The notes beneath the pieces were generated by a model. The model did not search any database. It had not been told where the DNA came from and worked only from the letters and a program-made list of their open reading frames with translations. A stretch of DNA of 64,000 nt from Podarcis muralis. Lineage: Eukaryota. Below, piece after piece: positions 1 through 12,385 of the stretch. The position numbers were made by a program, and so were the translations under genes. The stretch lies in NCBI RefSeq assembly GCF_964188315.1, contig NC_135661.1, forward strand, positions 73,656,001-73,720,000, read 5' to 3'. Numbering within the stretch: the first letter of the stretch is position 1; each line of letters opens with the position of its first letter.

Positions 1-50
1 CTGCTTTGCATGCAGAAGGTCACAAGTTCAATCCCTGGCATCTCCAGGTA
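1..50 (+). mobile_element. tRNA-derived SINE head fragment (related heads at ~3970-4030, ~18290-18450, ~35810-35920)
   Basis: TGCTTTGCATGCAGAAGGTCACAAGTTCAATCCCTGGCATCTCC; B-box-like, no complete tRNA cloverleaf. Confidence 0.6.
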
Positions 51-316
51 CCTGGAGAGCTGCTGCCAGCTAGGGTGGACCAGAGGTGTGGAACCATCAG
101 GCTGCAGACCAAAGGAGAGAAGGGAAAATATTTCCTCACCACTGCAGGAACCGTTTCCTCCCCAACCCTATTTCCTTGTGTGTTATGTCTTTAAAACTGA
201 GGGCAAGGACTGCCTTACTACTGGTTCTTGTATGTCACTAGGGGTGTCTTTTCAGCTAGTGAAGGGGTGAAGAAAACTGGCCCTCCATGGTCAATGTTCT
301 GAGATGATGGGAGCTG

Positions 317-415
317 CACCCTTGAGTGAAAGTGGTGTGGGGAGAGGGGAGGCTGCAAAGAGATTCCCCACCCTTGAGTGAAAGTGGTGTGGGGAGAGGG
401 GAGGCTGCAAAGAGA
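317..415. repeat. 52-bp-period tandem duplication (two copies)
   Basis: CACCCTTGAGTGAAAGTGGTGTGGGGAGAGGGGAGGCTGCAAAGAGA at 317 and 369. Confidence 0.9.
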
Positions 416-497
416 GAAAGGAAAATAGTAAATAAGGGAAGAAGAGCAGAGGGAACTCTGGAGGATTTATCTTGGCTGTTGAGTTCAAAGCACTTAC

Positions 498-913
498 CAT
501 GACATGCCCAACAGAGTTGGCTATTACAGTAATGTCCTGTCCGTAGACCATCATGTGCAAGTGCTCTATCTGTGACACTTCTGGAGTTTCCCCTGAAATT
601 CCTGTTTCCACCCGATAATACTCCAGGCTTTGGTTGTGTGAGGGTGCACACATCTGAGACAGCACATAAACACAGTTGCCTTGGAACTGGTACAGTCGTC
701 CATCAAAGGTGGTGTAGTGCCGCCCACCCAAGACGTGGCAGGTGGCCTTATGGGTGGGCCGGCACACATGGTACCAGGAATTTGGCTGGCAAATCTCATC
801 TGCAGAGCACCCGCTGGCCTGGCATGTCACCCTGGGATCTTCAGACGTGCACTGGCACTTCTCCTCGCAAGCTGATTCAGTCCAGAAGGTGGCACTGACT
901 GGCAGGAAATTAG
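498..913 (-). CDS. TECTA-like: TECTA-like gene 1 exon: Cys-rich linker + first half of VWD domain
   Basis: [21 protein letters not shown]...[31 protein letters not shown]...GHVM; acceptor gatag (914-915), donor gtaagt; phase 1 to 0. Confidence 0.92.
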
Positions 914-3900
914 CTATCAAGACAGAATGCAAGTCATAAGCAACTTAAATGACCAGAAGGGCTCATGCCAATAGCTTGTGCGAGAGCTTTCTGGTTTCAT
1001 TATATTCACATTACAAACGCAACTGAAGCAATAGCCATCGTAAACCTCACAGGTGAGGTTAAAACAGCACATAGAATCATAGAATCATAGAGTTGGAATA
1101 GACCACAAGGGCCATCGAGTCCAACCCCCTGCCAAGCAGGAAACACCATCAGAGCACTCCTGACATATGGTTGTCAAGCCTCTGCTTAAAGATCTCCATA
1201 TTAGTCAAATCAGGAAAGAGATGTTAAAATTTAACAGCAGGATGATATCCATACAGAAATCTGCCTTATACAAGGTCCACCTAGACAAGGCTCTCCAAGA
1301 CATTTCCCCCCTTCATCTGGCCACTTCACTGAAGATGTGAAGCATCAGCTGTACTGCTGAGTGATGGCCCTTCCCTTATGGCAGAGGTGGGGAACCTCCA
1401 AACCACAGGTCAAACTAGGTCTGCTCATTTGGCTCCCAAGGCAGTTGGGGGCAAGTCTAGGCACACCCATCTGTCCTACACCTGATGCCATACAGTGGTA
1501 CCTCAGATTACAGACACTTCAAGTTACAGATGCTTCAGGCTACAGACTCTGCTAACCCAGAAATAGTAGCTCGGGTTAAGAACTTTGCTTCAGGATGAGA
1601 ACATAAATCACACGCTGGCGGCGCGGCAGCAGCGGGAGGCCCCATTAGCTAAAGTGGTACCTCAGGTTAAGAACAGTTTCAGGTTCTGCCAATCAGTTGA
1701 TTGGTGACACCTACAAAGCCCTGGTCATCAGCTGACTGTCAATGCAGGCATAAATGGGTCACCCAACATTCTGACATTGGGGGATTGATAGCTGGGCAGG
1801 ATCATCCATGGCAGAGAGATAAGGATCTGGCCCATTATCTGGATCCAGTTCCCCTACCCTAGGTCTTACCCTGTTGTCATGCTGCTGTCTGCTTAGCTAC
1901 CAACAGGTGGTGTTGCAAATCACAGCACAGGGCACATTTCTGAGAGCTGTGGGGCCATCATAGCAGTGTTGGAGTGCAAGGACAAGGGACGCAGAGGAGG
2001 GAGACAGAGGTAGGTGGGCAGGTCACGAAATAGGATTAGGCAACTCCCCAGCTACCATCCTGCTCTGCCACCACCTGCCATTTCCCTCTTCCTTGCCCTC
2101 TGCCGCTGATCTGAAACAGCATCCTTGGAGTGAAGCAGGGAGTATAAGCAGGAGGAGTGGGAGGAGGTCTAAGGGAAGTGGGTGAATTTGGTGGGAGGAC
2201 AGGGGTTGGTGGGTGTGGAGCTGGTAGCAAAGCAGATGTTCTATCCCTTATGACCCTTCCCAAGATTTTAGAAGAATTTGATCTGGATCCTCCATAGTTC
2301 TTCTTAAATTCTTACTGTGTAATGATCAATGTACCTTTGTAAACACAGCCATTTGGCACTGCAAAGACATCCACCTCAAAGACCCAGCGCCCAGGGTCCA
2401 TGATGTTACTTGTGGAGCTGACATTAATGATGCTTGGAGTCCAAGATCCAGGGATGTTGAAGTAGTTGTTAGCATCTCCATTGTTAAATCCAGCCTGGAA
2501 GAGAGAAATGGAACATGAGCAAAGGATGAGAGTTCTGCTCATGTGTCTCCAGAATACATGGTTTGCTAGGTAACACTTCACTTCCTCCTCCTGAACTGGA
2601 TCAACCAGATCATCTACCTTCATCAACCTGGTGCCCTCTAGATGTTTTGAACAACTACTTCCTTTCAGCATGTAACCAGAGGTGGGACTTACCTGAGCAG
2701 GTGTGCCCTCCAAGCCGGTGTGAGCATCTCCACCACTTGCCTGCCCTGATATCCACTGGATGTCCTGATAGTTCAGTATAACGAAAGACAGTTTACCATT
2801 GGAGGTTAAAACAGCCTGGAATGTGTTCACCTATACAAAACAGGTGCCAAATGTGGGATATATCAGTCTCATATAACCAACATGCTTAGCTCTCATTAAT
2901 GCATTAAGGGGTTAAGGTAAAGGTATAAGGTCAAATGACCCCTGGACCATCAAAGGCAACTGCGGGGTGCGACACTCATCTCGCTTCAGACCAAGGGAGC
3001 TGGCATTTGTCCACAGACAGCTTTCTGGGTCATGTGGCCAGCATGACTAATCCGCTTCTGGCACAATGGAACACCATGACGGAAGCCATAGAGCACGGAA
3101 ATGTCATTTACCTTCCCACCACAGTGGTACCTATTTATCTGCTTGCAGTGGTATGCTTTCGAACTGCTAGGCTCACCCTGTTCGCAGATTTGAACTGCCA
3201 ACCTTCCGATCGGCATGCCCAAGAGGCTCAGTGGTTTAGACCACAGCACCACCCACGTCCCTGCTATTAAGGGGTTAAGATCACAGAGTAAGCAGTCCTG
3301 CCAGGCTTAGCTGGGACCCACACTGGAAGGAAAGGTTACCAAACTCTTTATTCTTTTTCTTTCACCATGTGAATCCTTTAAGTAAGGATGTCTAAGCTGA
3401 ATGCTCCAAGCTTAGACCACATGGCTTTAGCAAGCCATCTTTGTGTTTCTATACAAATAATTTAGAAGTATTAACCACTTTTTGAAACTAAGTTGTGCTG
3501 CCTGTCTTTTCTAGCCATTGTATGGAAAAGCGCATGAATCTGACCGTCAAAGAGTTTGTAAATAAACTATTTTTAACTTTTCAAATGTGTAGTCTCTTTT
3601 TATGCTAAGCGGGAAACTTTAAAAAAAAACTTAGAAGGGGATATTTTAAATATCAAATGGCCTATATTTCCACACATTAGTTTAGTGCATGTTTTGTGAT
3701 TTTAAATCTGCTAGGACTCTCTCACCAAAGAACACTTGCCCCAAACCTGGATCTAGGAATCCAGGGAATTCGCCTTTTATTCTCTAACCAAATTACTAAA
3801 AACCAACACCAAATGCATGATCAATGGGTAATATCAGCATCCTCTTCCCTACAGCAATTATACAATGACTGGTTGTCTCCCATATCCATATGCTTCACAC

Positions 3901-6900
3901 TTTTTCCTGGATAATGTGGAATAGCATCAGCAACAAAACTCGGTTCCCAGAGCACAGTTTCTGTGAGGCCACAGCTCAGTGTTAGAGCTTGTGTTTTGCA
4001 TGCAGAAGGTCCCAGGTTCAATCCCTGTTATATAAAGGTAGAATAATGCAACTAGAATGTAGATGGGTACAGCTTGCCTTTCAGTGGTCAGTTCCCTCTT
4101 CTGAAGTTCCCTAATTTACACATGTATAAGAGACAGGGGAGCCTCCATAGTGTAAATCAGGCATAGGCAAACTCCGGCCTTCCAGATGTTTGGGACTACA
4201 ATTCCCATCATCCCTGACCACTGGTCCTGTTAGCTAGGGATGATGGGAATTGTAGTCCCGAACATCTGGAGGGCTGGAGTTTGCCTACGCCTGGCGTAAA
4301 TCCACCTTCCTGGATTGTGAGGTATGTATTGTTTATAGCTTCTCTGACCACTTCCAGACAACCCGTTTATTGAACAGTTATCCTGGTTTGTTTGCAGGGA
4401 GGTTAGGCAATGTTGGCTAATCAATGAGCAGCCAGTCTCATTTGTTTGCGTGGATATAGGAGGATGTTGCATCAAAGTAACAGTTATCTCACACCCACAC
4501 AGCCCACTGCATCGTCCAGTCACTTTCCTTATCACAAAAGGTCCACTATTCTGGGGAAGCAGATTTCTTGCACAAGACCTCCCCATCAACTACAGTTGCA
4601 CAACCAGAGTTTTGCTGGTATGTGACTGAATCCCAAACCATAAGCAGCACATTCCGGAAGCACCCTAAGATTGATTAGGAATGGTTTGTCGCATGTACAT
4701 GAGAAAAACAAACATGAATTTAAAAATCAAAAGCATTCATTGCATTTGCTTGGCCCTTAAGAGTGTACCATTGAATTCAGATGGACATTTTATTAATGTG
4801 CACACGAGTGGGAGTGACATCTTCCTCCTTTATTCCACTGAATATTGTTTGCTTTTAGACTGCGGTTAACTGGAGCAGAAAGCAATGAGCCGTCTACTTA
4901 CAGTTCCCTTGATTTTGTCAGCTGGTGGAACTATTACTCTGCTCTGTAATCTGGTCACGGTGTCCTAAGGCTTTAAAATTCTTAACCAGGCATTTAATCA
5001 GGATTTATTGCGACTTTTATGGCACATTAAATACATGCCAGGTTACAGTTAAACACAAGTAAATGGAGGACGTTAAGCAGGGCCCAGGTTGCAATGGGAG
5101 AAAACAGCTTTTTATTTTCACCAGATGAAGACGGTGTCCTCAATGAAACCATCCCTTCCCACCTCTCTTCTTGTAATATTTTTGCTGCTTTTTTCTTTTT
5201 TAAATAAAACCTTATTATAGGCTGTAGCTGGGTGCTCTGGAGAGAGTATTACTGCAGAGTTCAAATCAGGTAAGGTTTGAGCAAGAATAGCCAATGTGGA
5301 GTCTTCCAGATGTTGTATGGCCAATGGTCAAGGATTATGGGAGTTGTAGTCTAGTAACATCTGGCAGGAGCCCCTTTGGTAACCCCTGGATTTGCAGCTG
5401 CTTGAACCAAAGTTTGAGATTTATTCATTGGTCATCTGAAGTTCACAGCAGATGGTGACACTAACGGTGTAAATGCAATCAACGTTCATCCATTTTGTTG
5501 CATCAATAGCAGCTGTAGGAAAGCCTGTACAGCCATTATATTTGCTTCATATTGGATCCATGGAAGTGACTAGTTTAGGGCCAAACTAGAAGGGATATTA
5601 ATTGTGGAAATGCCATCAAAACACTTTTTTTGGTTCTGTAAGTAGCAGCTGCAGGGGAGACTAGGATGACCAGGTGCAAAAACGGGACAGGGCTCCTGCA
5701 CCTTTGATAGTTATGTCAAAAACGGGATTTCAGCAGGTGCATTTGCTGAAATTCCCTTGGACTCAACTATTAAAGGTGTAGGAGCCCTGTCCTTGCCTGC
5801 ATCTGGCAGCCCTAGGGAAGACCAAGCAGGGGCATGAGTAATTCTCTCTCCCTCCCTGCTGTGGTCCTGGCAAATATCACAACACTGGACATGTTATTTG
5901 CATTTCCAGCAAAGTCTCAACTGGCACCACTAGCACATTCCCTTGAAATGCAAATAGCAGTTACAAATAGAATTTGGCAGGGAGAGAAAGAGTTAAATTT
6001 CTCCTTCTCCAGTCCCCTTGGTCCAGAAGTCTGCCCCACAGCTGCTATTTGCATGCCAGTGAACTGTACTCAGGCAGCCAGTGTTGTCATGTATGCAGCT
6101 GTTTCTGGTGTGTGAGTGAAATGCCGTCATGAAGAAATTATCAAAGAATCGTACCTTGGAGGACAGGGATCCATAGAAAGCCACTTGGTCCCAAGTGGCT
6201 ATGAAGGCCCAGGTAGCCGTGAACTTTTCACTCGGGAAGTAAGTGTTGATGTCATCTGTGACTCTCTGCAGGAGCTGCTTTTCTTGGCTCTGCCTGTAGT
6301 AGACCTCGCCGGTGATGCGGTTATCGACATCAGCCCAAAAGGGAGCAACAAAGGCCCGTCCATCCGTCAAGGGGAAAGGATCAGGAGTGAACTGGCTGAC
6401 TGGCTTACCAAATGACACCACTCCATTATTGTTCACCTGGTGGGGGGGGGGGCGGCAAAAGGTCCAATCCGTAATCTTAACATAAAATCCCAAAACATTC
6501 TAACTGGATCCACATTTGCACCCAAGATTCACAGACAGAAAGACTGGGGGAGGCTATTTTGCTGAATATTGTTTAGGGGAGAAGGGGAATTCTCCAATCG
6601 TTCAGGAGCAGATTGAAAAATGAGCATTCTAAAACCTGTCAGAAAATTATTTTCTGGGAAATTTCAGGTCAGCCTCAGAAGTCCTGAGAATAAAATGACA
6701 GTCTCTTTAAAAAACCAATGTACCTGGCATAATGCCCTAGCTTCTCTGTTAAATAGCAAGCTCCCTGTCCCATACCAAGCAACCTCCAAAGACACAGAGC
6801 AGAAAATTACTCGATACTTCTAATAGAGTTCCTCTTCAATAGGGTTGCCATATTTCAAAAAGTAAAAACCCATTTTACAAAAATGCCAAAAGCTTTTTCC

Positions 6901-9431
6901 TAAGATCCAGAACAAAGCACCGCCTTTCAGAAATCCCCCCCCCCCCCCAGATGTCAATTCCACCTTTGAAATCCTGGTAATGTCCAGGAAAACCCAGAAG
7001 TATAGCAGCCCTATATTCAATCTTTGGCTGATTAATATTCTCCAGTCTTTTACATGTGTCTGTGAGAAGGTGGGGTATATTTTTGCTGTTTGTTTTACTT
7101 ACACTATTTACTTATTTTTATCCTATATTTTATTCTGTGAACCACCCTGAGATCTTATGATGAAGGGCAGTATATAAATCAAATTAATTAAGCAAAATAA
7201 AATAAAATGTAGTATACAAAAATAATGCAATATAATATAGTCCTCCAGTCATACTCTCACTTTTCACTAAGAGTGATCAGGTGAAAAAGAAGACAGGGCC
7301 CCCACACTTTTGATAGTTGTATAGCTGCTGCTTCTGTAAGACTCTTAAAGGAGTCCTGGGTTGTTGCAAGGTGTCAGTGGCCCATCTGCCACTGTGTAGA
7401 CCAGGGATGAGGAAGCTGAGCTCCTCCAGGTGCTGTTGGGTTCCAGACCCCATCAGCCCAAGCCAACTTGGTCAGGGATGATGGCAGTTGCAGCAGCGGC
7501 TGGATAGCCAATGTGATGCTATGCAAATGTTACCAGACTACAGCCCCCATCACCCCCAGCCAACATGGCCAGTGGTCAGGGATGATGGGAGTTGCAGGTC
7601 ACCAAGATCTGAAAAGCACGACATTGCCTACCCCTGCTCTGGGGTATCACAGGCTGGTTTTGCCTTCCAGACAGTTGGGGGGATCTCCAGAGAGCTTTCT
7701 GCTGTAAATGGAAAGGGCTACAGAGGGTCGTGAGAGCCGTCAGGGTGATACTTACATAAAGAGACTGATACCTCCTGGCGTAAAAGTAGAAGCTCTCAGA
7801 GATGGGGATCTGAGGAGATGCCCCATCATCTGCCTTTGGGGTGGTTCTGTCCTGGTGTTTGGGTCCATAAGGGTAGAGCAGTTCGTCTGAAGTGAATCGG
7901 GAAAGAAATCGTGAGTAATAGTAGGGAGGAGTGTTGTGAATACTACCATGCAGCTTCCAGAAAGAAAATTACAGTTTATTTTAATATTTCAGAACAGTGG
8001 CCATGGGGAAAAGAGGACAGGGAAGAACTCCCAGTTTCGGAGACTGGGAGAAGAAAGGAAAGCTGGGAGGGTCCACCACTTTCTGTGTGAGAGAAGGGTT
8101 GCTTAAGAGCTGTATTTGAGAGAGGACTCTGCATTTTCTTCTCCCCCCTCTCCCATTCCTGTTTTTATTAGATTAGTTTCTTTCATCTTGTTGTATTATG
8201 AAAAAGCTTTAATAAAATCTTGGGGAGGGGGGGAGAGATCTCACAAAAGTGTGACCACATCTTCAACTCAGTGCATATTAGTTGAGCCCAGTGCAAAGAA
8301 AAGAAAACACTTCAATGTTAATTGAGGCCTGTTAATAGTTGCATAGAAAAGAGAGCCTGCCATGTGCCAAAGGGCTGAAGCAACTCCTTTATGATGTGCT
8401 AAAACAACTGGAATGTAAAGCAGTTAGGGGGCATCATGTTGGGGAAGGCTGTTTGATGGGCTTTGGAGTACTTGAATTCAACTTACCTGCCACAGCTACT
8501 TCTCCCAACAATAGCACCTGCAGTGCTAGAATTAGAAGCAAGTTAGTCAATGGAATTAGCAAGAGCTCAGGCATCTGCTGAACATCTCTAGCGCTATCCC
8601 TTTAACTCCAGGCTGCACCCATTCATCTAGAGGTCATGCACCATGCCTGACCTGCATGCCCTATCTTTGATTCAAGAGTTGTGACATTACCAGGCCCTGT
8701 CTCAATGACATCAACACCTAGAGACATCATTAAACCCACTACTTGAGTCTCAGGCTTTGGGCTGCGAAAGATCTGATAGCTTCCTTTCCTACATACAGGG
8801 ATGCTCTAAGATTTGAGCTTAGGACTTATCATGCGTTATGCTAGAATCATCCCCTTAGACCAGTGGTGGGGAACCGGCAGTCTGTGGCCCTAATTATGCC
8901 CATCAAGCCTCTACATTTGGGACAGGAGGTTGTTTTAGGCAAGTCATGCCCACCTGTCCTATACCTGACATATACAACATCAGGTTCGGGGCAGGTAAAT
9001 ATGTGGATGAACTGGAAGGGGGTTTGTAGGCACTGCCATACAGCTGATTGGCAACATCTGCAAAGCCCTGCACAAACCCTGTGCTTTGCAAGCCCCAACA
9101 ATCAGCTGATCCCCAGGGCTTTCCAAGAACAAGTCACCTGATGGGTTACTTGCTGCTGGTCAGATACACTTCCCCCCATCTGCATATGGCCAACAAGCCA
9201 AGGAAATCTCCATCGCTTGGTATTCATTGCTTCTGGACAGAGAAGCCTTATTCATGGCTGGTAGCACCTCTAAAAGCAGATAAAGTACCCCACAATGGCT
9301 AATACTGAGCTATAGTCACAGGCTTTTTGCATTGGCTCTCTGACCCTTTGGGTACGCCTGGGGGGCATTTTTTTGAAGAAGACATACTTACCCAGTGCTA
9401 GTTCTGTGAACAGTAGGAGGCGTGGTCTCAT
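498..9431 (-). CDS. TECTA-like: Alpha-tectorin-like secreted protein (signal peptide + NIDO + Cys-rich linker + VWD); 3' end lies outside the window
   Basis: Seven GT-AG exons with compatible phases: 9431-9392, 8525-8487, 7886-7756, 6436-6155, 2830-2693, 2494-2335, 913-498 (402 codons, no stop). The NIDO/VWD motifs and exon breaks mirror the TECTA N-terminus. Confidence 0.88.
1070..1192 (-). mobile_element. CR1 3'-end fragment, same young family as 61358-63230
   Basis: Near-identical reverse complement of the 3' end of the 63.1-63.2 kb element, including the tail repeat. Confidence 0.85.
1493..1685. mobile_element. Tc1/mariner-type MITE (truncated)
   Basis: TA|CAGTGGTACCTC start; body matches 28947-29188. 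Confidence 0.7.
2335..2494 (-). CDS. TECTA-like: TECTA-like gene 1 exon: NIDO C-terminal part
   Basis: [53 protein letters not shown]; 160 nt, phase 0 to 1, ttccag/gtacat. Confidence 0.92.
2693..2830 (-). CDS. TECTA-like: TECTA-like gene 1 exon: NIDO
   Basis: [46 protein letters not shown]; 138 nt, tatag/gtaagt. Confidence 0.92.
2917..3265 (-). mobile_element. Sauria SINE
   Basis: (ACCTTT)n-type tail, B-box-like GGTTCGAA-type head; 14-bp TSD ATTAAGGGGTTAAG (2903-2916, 3266-3279). Confidence 0.85.
4158..4293. mobile_element. hAT-type palindromic MITE (many related copies, e.g. ~17840, ~24980, ~29540, ~39365, ~60810)
   Basis: Near-perfect 136-bp hairpin CAGGCATAGGCAAACTCC...GGAGTTTGCCTACGCCTG; 8-bp TSD GTGTAAAT/GCGTAAAT. 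Confidence 0.75.
6155..6436 (-). CDS. TECTA-like: TECTA-like gene 1 exon: NIDO N-terminal part
   Basis: [39 protein letters not shown]...[15 protein letters not shown]; 282 nt, ccag/gtacga. Confidence 0.93.
7756..7886 (-). CDS. TECTA-like: TECTA-like gene 1 exon: pre-NIDO segment
   Basis: (D)[43 protein letters not shown]; 131 nt, phase 1 to 0, ttcag/gtaagt. Not in the ORF track frame; read manually. Confidence 0.88.
8487..8525 (-). CDS. TECTA-like: TECTA-like gene 1 micro-exon: second half of signal peptide
   Basis: (A)[12 protein letters not shown]; 39 nt, phase 1 to 1, ttctag/gtaagt. Confidence 0.7.
9392..9431 (-). CDS. TECTA-like: TECTA-like gene 1 first coding exon
   Basis: ataATG AGA CCA...: [13 protein letters not shown] followed by G/gtaagt (phase 1); joins the next exon to make a 26-aa hydrophobic leader. 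Confidence 0.68.
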
Positions 9432-10727
9432 TATTCTTAGCCCCTCCTTCACTTTTTATAACATGAACTGGGTTGGTGACCTAGTAATTAATAAGTTAAT
9501 TTGGATTTTTGCTTTGTTCTTGTTTGTTCTTTAAAATAGTTCAATGGTGTACATGTTTTTAAAATAGCAAACACCCCCCTTTAACCGAAACCCTGGGGTA
9601 CACCTTGAAAATGTAGCATAAGAATACACAGCCAGCAGTCTAAAGCATAGGATGTGGTTTAACATAGATCATCCAAAAGATATGGATGTGTGCAGAAGGT
9701 AAGGATTGTTTTTTCTTATTCGTATCAATAAAATAGTACTAGCCAGTTACAAATGAGTCTTTGTGTTTCTGTCCTTTAGCTAATCACATTTTGTTGGTCA
9801 ATTTCTCTGTTAGGGCCAGTTGCCAAACTCTCTTGAGTCAATTCAGTAAGGATGCCCCATTCTGGCGTTATATTGTAAAAGTTTCTTTGAATATATTAAT
9901 TTAGACTGCAATCCTCTGGCCGTTTTCCTAGGAGTAAGCGGAACTGAACACTGTGGGACTTAACTCTGAGTTGGACTGTGCATTATTTTATATGCTCAGG
10001 CTGCAATCTGAATCTTACTTGATTACTCATAGAAGTTTTACAGTGTGCCTACTCAGAGGTAAGTCCCATTGCACTCAATAGGGCTTCAAATTAGATATCA
10101 GTAATTATAGCAACAATTAAACAATAGGGACCTAAACTATGGTTGGCGCAAACCAGAGTTGAGTGTGATTTCTTTTATTTAAAATATCAATATGCCCCTC
10201 TTTCCACCTGACTAGAAGCCTCCAAAATGCCTATTGTATTCTTTGCATGAAACCCTTTCTTTAGAATAAACTCTAGCAAACATCAGTTATTGTATTTTTC
10301 TAATCTCACCTTTCTCCAAGGAGCTCAGAGTGGTGTGTGTAGTTGCCCTTGCTTTATCCTCCCAGCAGCCCTGCAAGGAAGGTAAATTTAGGGGCCACCA
10401 GGTGAGTCTCATGAGTGAATGGGGAGCTGCCTCTAATGGTGCTTGCAGGTGGGGGCTTAGTACTGCAAGTTATTCAGCATTCATCCTGATTTGCTTGTCT
10501 GCAGTGGTCAGACTGTGTCCAGTTCATTGAGCATTATTGAGCTTGAGTTGTTTGTGGGTTGGTTATATGACAATGAGCATTCACCCTCATTTGTTTGTGG
10601 GGGTGTTTGCATGTTTTCCTGTTAATCAGCTGTCCACCCCACACATTTTTATCCATTTCCTCATTACTTTCCAAACAGCAAAAAGTCTGGGTTTTTTTGT
10701 TTTTAAAGTCTGTTTGTTGAGCTAGGG

Positions 10728-10980
10728 CAGGGGTCAGCAAAGTTTTCAGCAGGGGACCGGTCCAATGTCCCTCAGACCTTGTTGGGGGCCAGACTATATT
10801 TTGAAAAAAATAAAAAGTGAACGAATTCCTATGCCCCACAAATAACCCAGAGCTGCATTTTAAATAAAAGCACACATTCTACTCATGTAAAAACACGCTG
10901 ATTCCCAGACCATCCGCGGGCCAGATTTAGAAGGCGATTGGGCCAGATCCGGCCCCCAGGCCTTAGTTTGCCTACCCATG
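10728..10980. mobile_element. hAT-type MITE
   Basis: Perfect 8-bp TSD AGCTAGGG (10720-10727, 10981-10988); imperfect CAGGGG/CATGGG TIRs. Confidence 0.8.
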
Positions 10981-11410
10981 AGCTAGGGCAACAGAGTGCT
11001 TTAATCCACTTTATAAGTACAAACCTAAACTTTCAGTAGGCACTTGTATTCCTCCCATACAATACTAATAGTCTAGAGGCAATCTAGGTCATTCAAATAT
11101 TGCCAATGAGTCATTCACAACCATTTTAAAACTTAGCAGATATTCTGCGGGAAATGGAGATGTTGGCTGGCGTTCTGATGCCAATGATGTCGTGTGGATG
11201 CTCTGAAAAACCTGCATCCATGAGGAGCCCTGATCAAACAATAAACACCCCTCTGGAGGCACCCTCCAGATCCGACACTCTAACCACTACACAACATTGC
11301 TCTGGTTAAAAACAGATAAAGCAGAAGACTTTGTATGACCATGTTTGTTTGTTTTTTGCAAGCCAGTTAGAGAATTCCCCCACCTTCTACCCCAAAAGTG
11401 AAACACTTAC

Positions 11411-11508
11411 CAGCCTCCCATTCGTATTTTCAGAGCAATCCTTCAGAACGCTTGAGTCACACTGATCCCTGTCGCCCGTATGGTCTATAGCTCAGTGGGA
11501 GTTTTATA
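11411..11508 (-). promoter_or_regulatory. Putative TATA box and non-coding first exon of TECTA-like gene 1
   Basis: TATAAAA at 11508-11502, then ~65-70 nt of putative exon ending in a consensus donor CTG/gtaagt (11410-11409). A matching acceptor attactag is at 9482-9481. An alternative TATAAAAA lies at 9460-9453. Confidence 0.35.
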
Positions 11509-11863
11509 CATGATCTCCCAGTAGGTGCAACTCAGAACAAATCCTGGACGCTTTAATAGGAATGAATAGATTCATTTGTCAACCCAACCTGTCTTGGGGT
11601 ATTTAGACAGGGATATATTGTCCTATGGTCAGCTTCCCCTAATGCAACCAAGCCCAATCGCTGGCAGTCTCAGGGTATAAATATCAAACTGGGCAGATTT
11701 TTTTTAAAAAAATAAAAAATAACACAATCCCAATACCCTTGGCAAGGAGAAAGGGCAATACTGTAATACTGAATTGGGTAGGGAAGTGGAGATAGGTAAC
11801 AGTACCAAGAAACAAGTGCACAATTATTTTTGTCACGAGAAAATGTTTTCAGCTTGAGGGCCA

Positions 11864-11911
<48 letters not shown>

Positions 11912-12385
11912 TTATACCCCACCCATCTGACTGGGTTTCCCCAGCCACACTGGGCGACTCCCAACAGAATATTAAAAACACTATAAATCATCAAACATTA
12001 AAAACTTCCCTAAAGAGGGCTGCCTTCAGATGTCTTCTAAATGTCAGATAGTTGTTTATCTCCTTGACGTCTGATGGGAGGGTGTTCCATAGGGCGGGTG
12101 CCACTACCGAGAAGGTCCTCTGCTTGGTCCCTTGTAACCTTACTTCTCACACTGAGGGAACCACCAGAAGGCCCTCGGAGCTGGACCTCAGTGTCTGGGC
12201 TGAATGATGGGGGTGGAGACACTCCATCAAGTATACTGGGCCGAGGACGTTTAGGGCTTTAAAGGTCAGCACCAACACTTTGAATAGTGCTCAGAAACGT
12301 ACTGGGAGCCAATGTAGGTCTTTCAGGACCGGTGTTATGTGGTCTCGGCAGCCACTCCCAGTCACCAGTCTAGCTGCCGCATTCT
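11864..12385 (-). mobile_element. L2-clade LINE 3' fragment with (TAA)n tail
   Basis: Reverse complement of the [17 protein letters not shown]-type 3' end; the (AAT)n run 11864-11908 produces the poly-Tyr ORF. Confidence 0.8.

Noticed and set aside
3970-4030. tRNA-like A/B-box sequences (also 1-50, 18290, 35810, 46733)
   Set aside because: No complete cloverleaf; they continue into SINE bodies, so they are SINE heads and not tRNA genes.
11670-11981. Poly-Tyr, poly-Ile, poly-Asn, poly-His and poly-Cys ORFs (also at ~28058-28411, 32258, 34886, 35818, 52078, 54814)
   Set aside because: They are translations of (AAT)n L2 tails or trinucleotide microsatellites.
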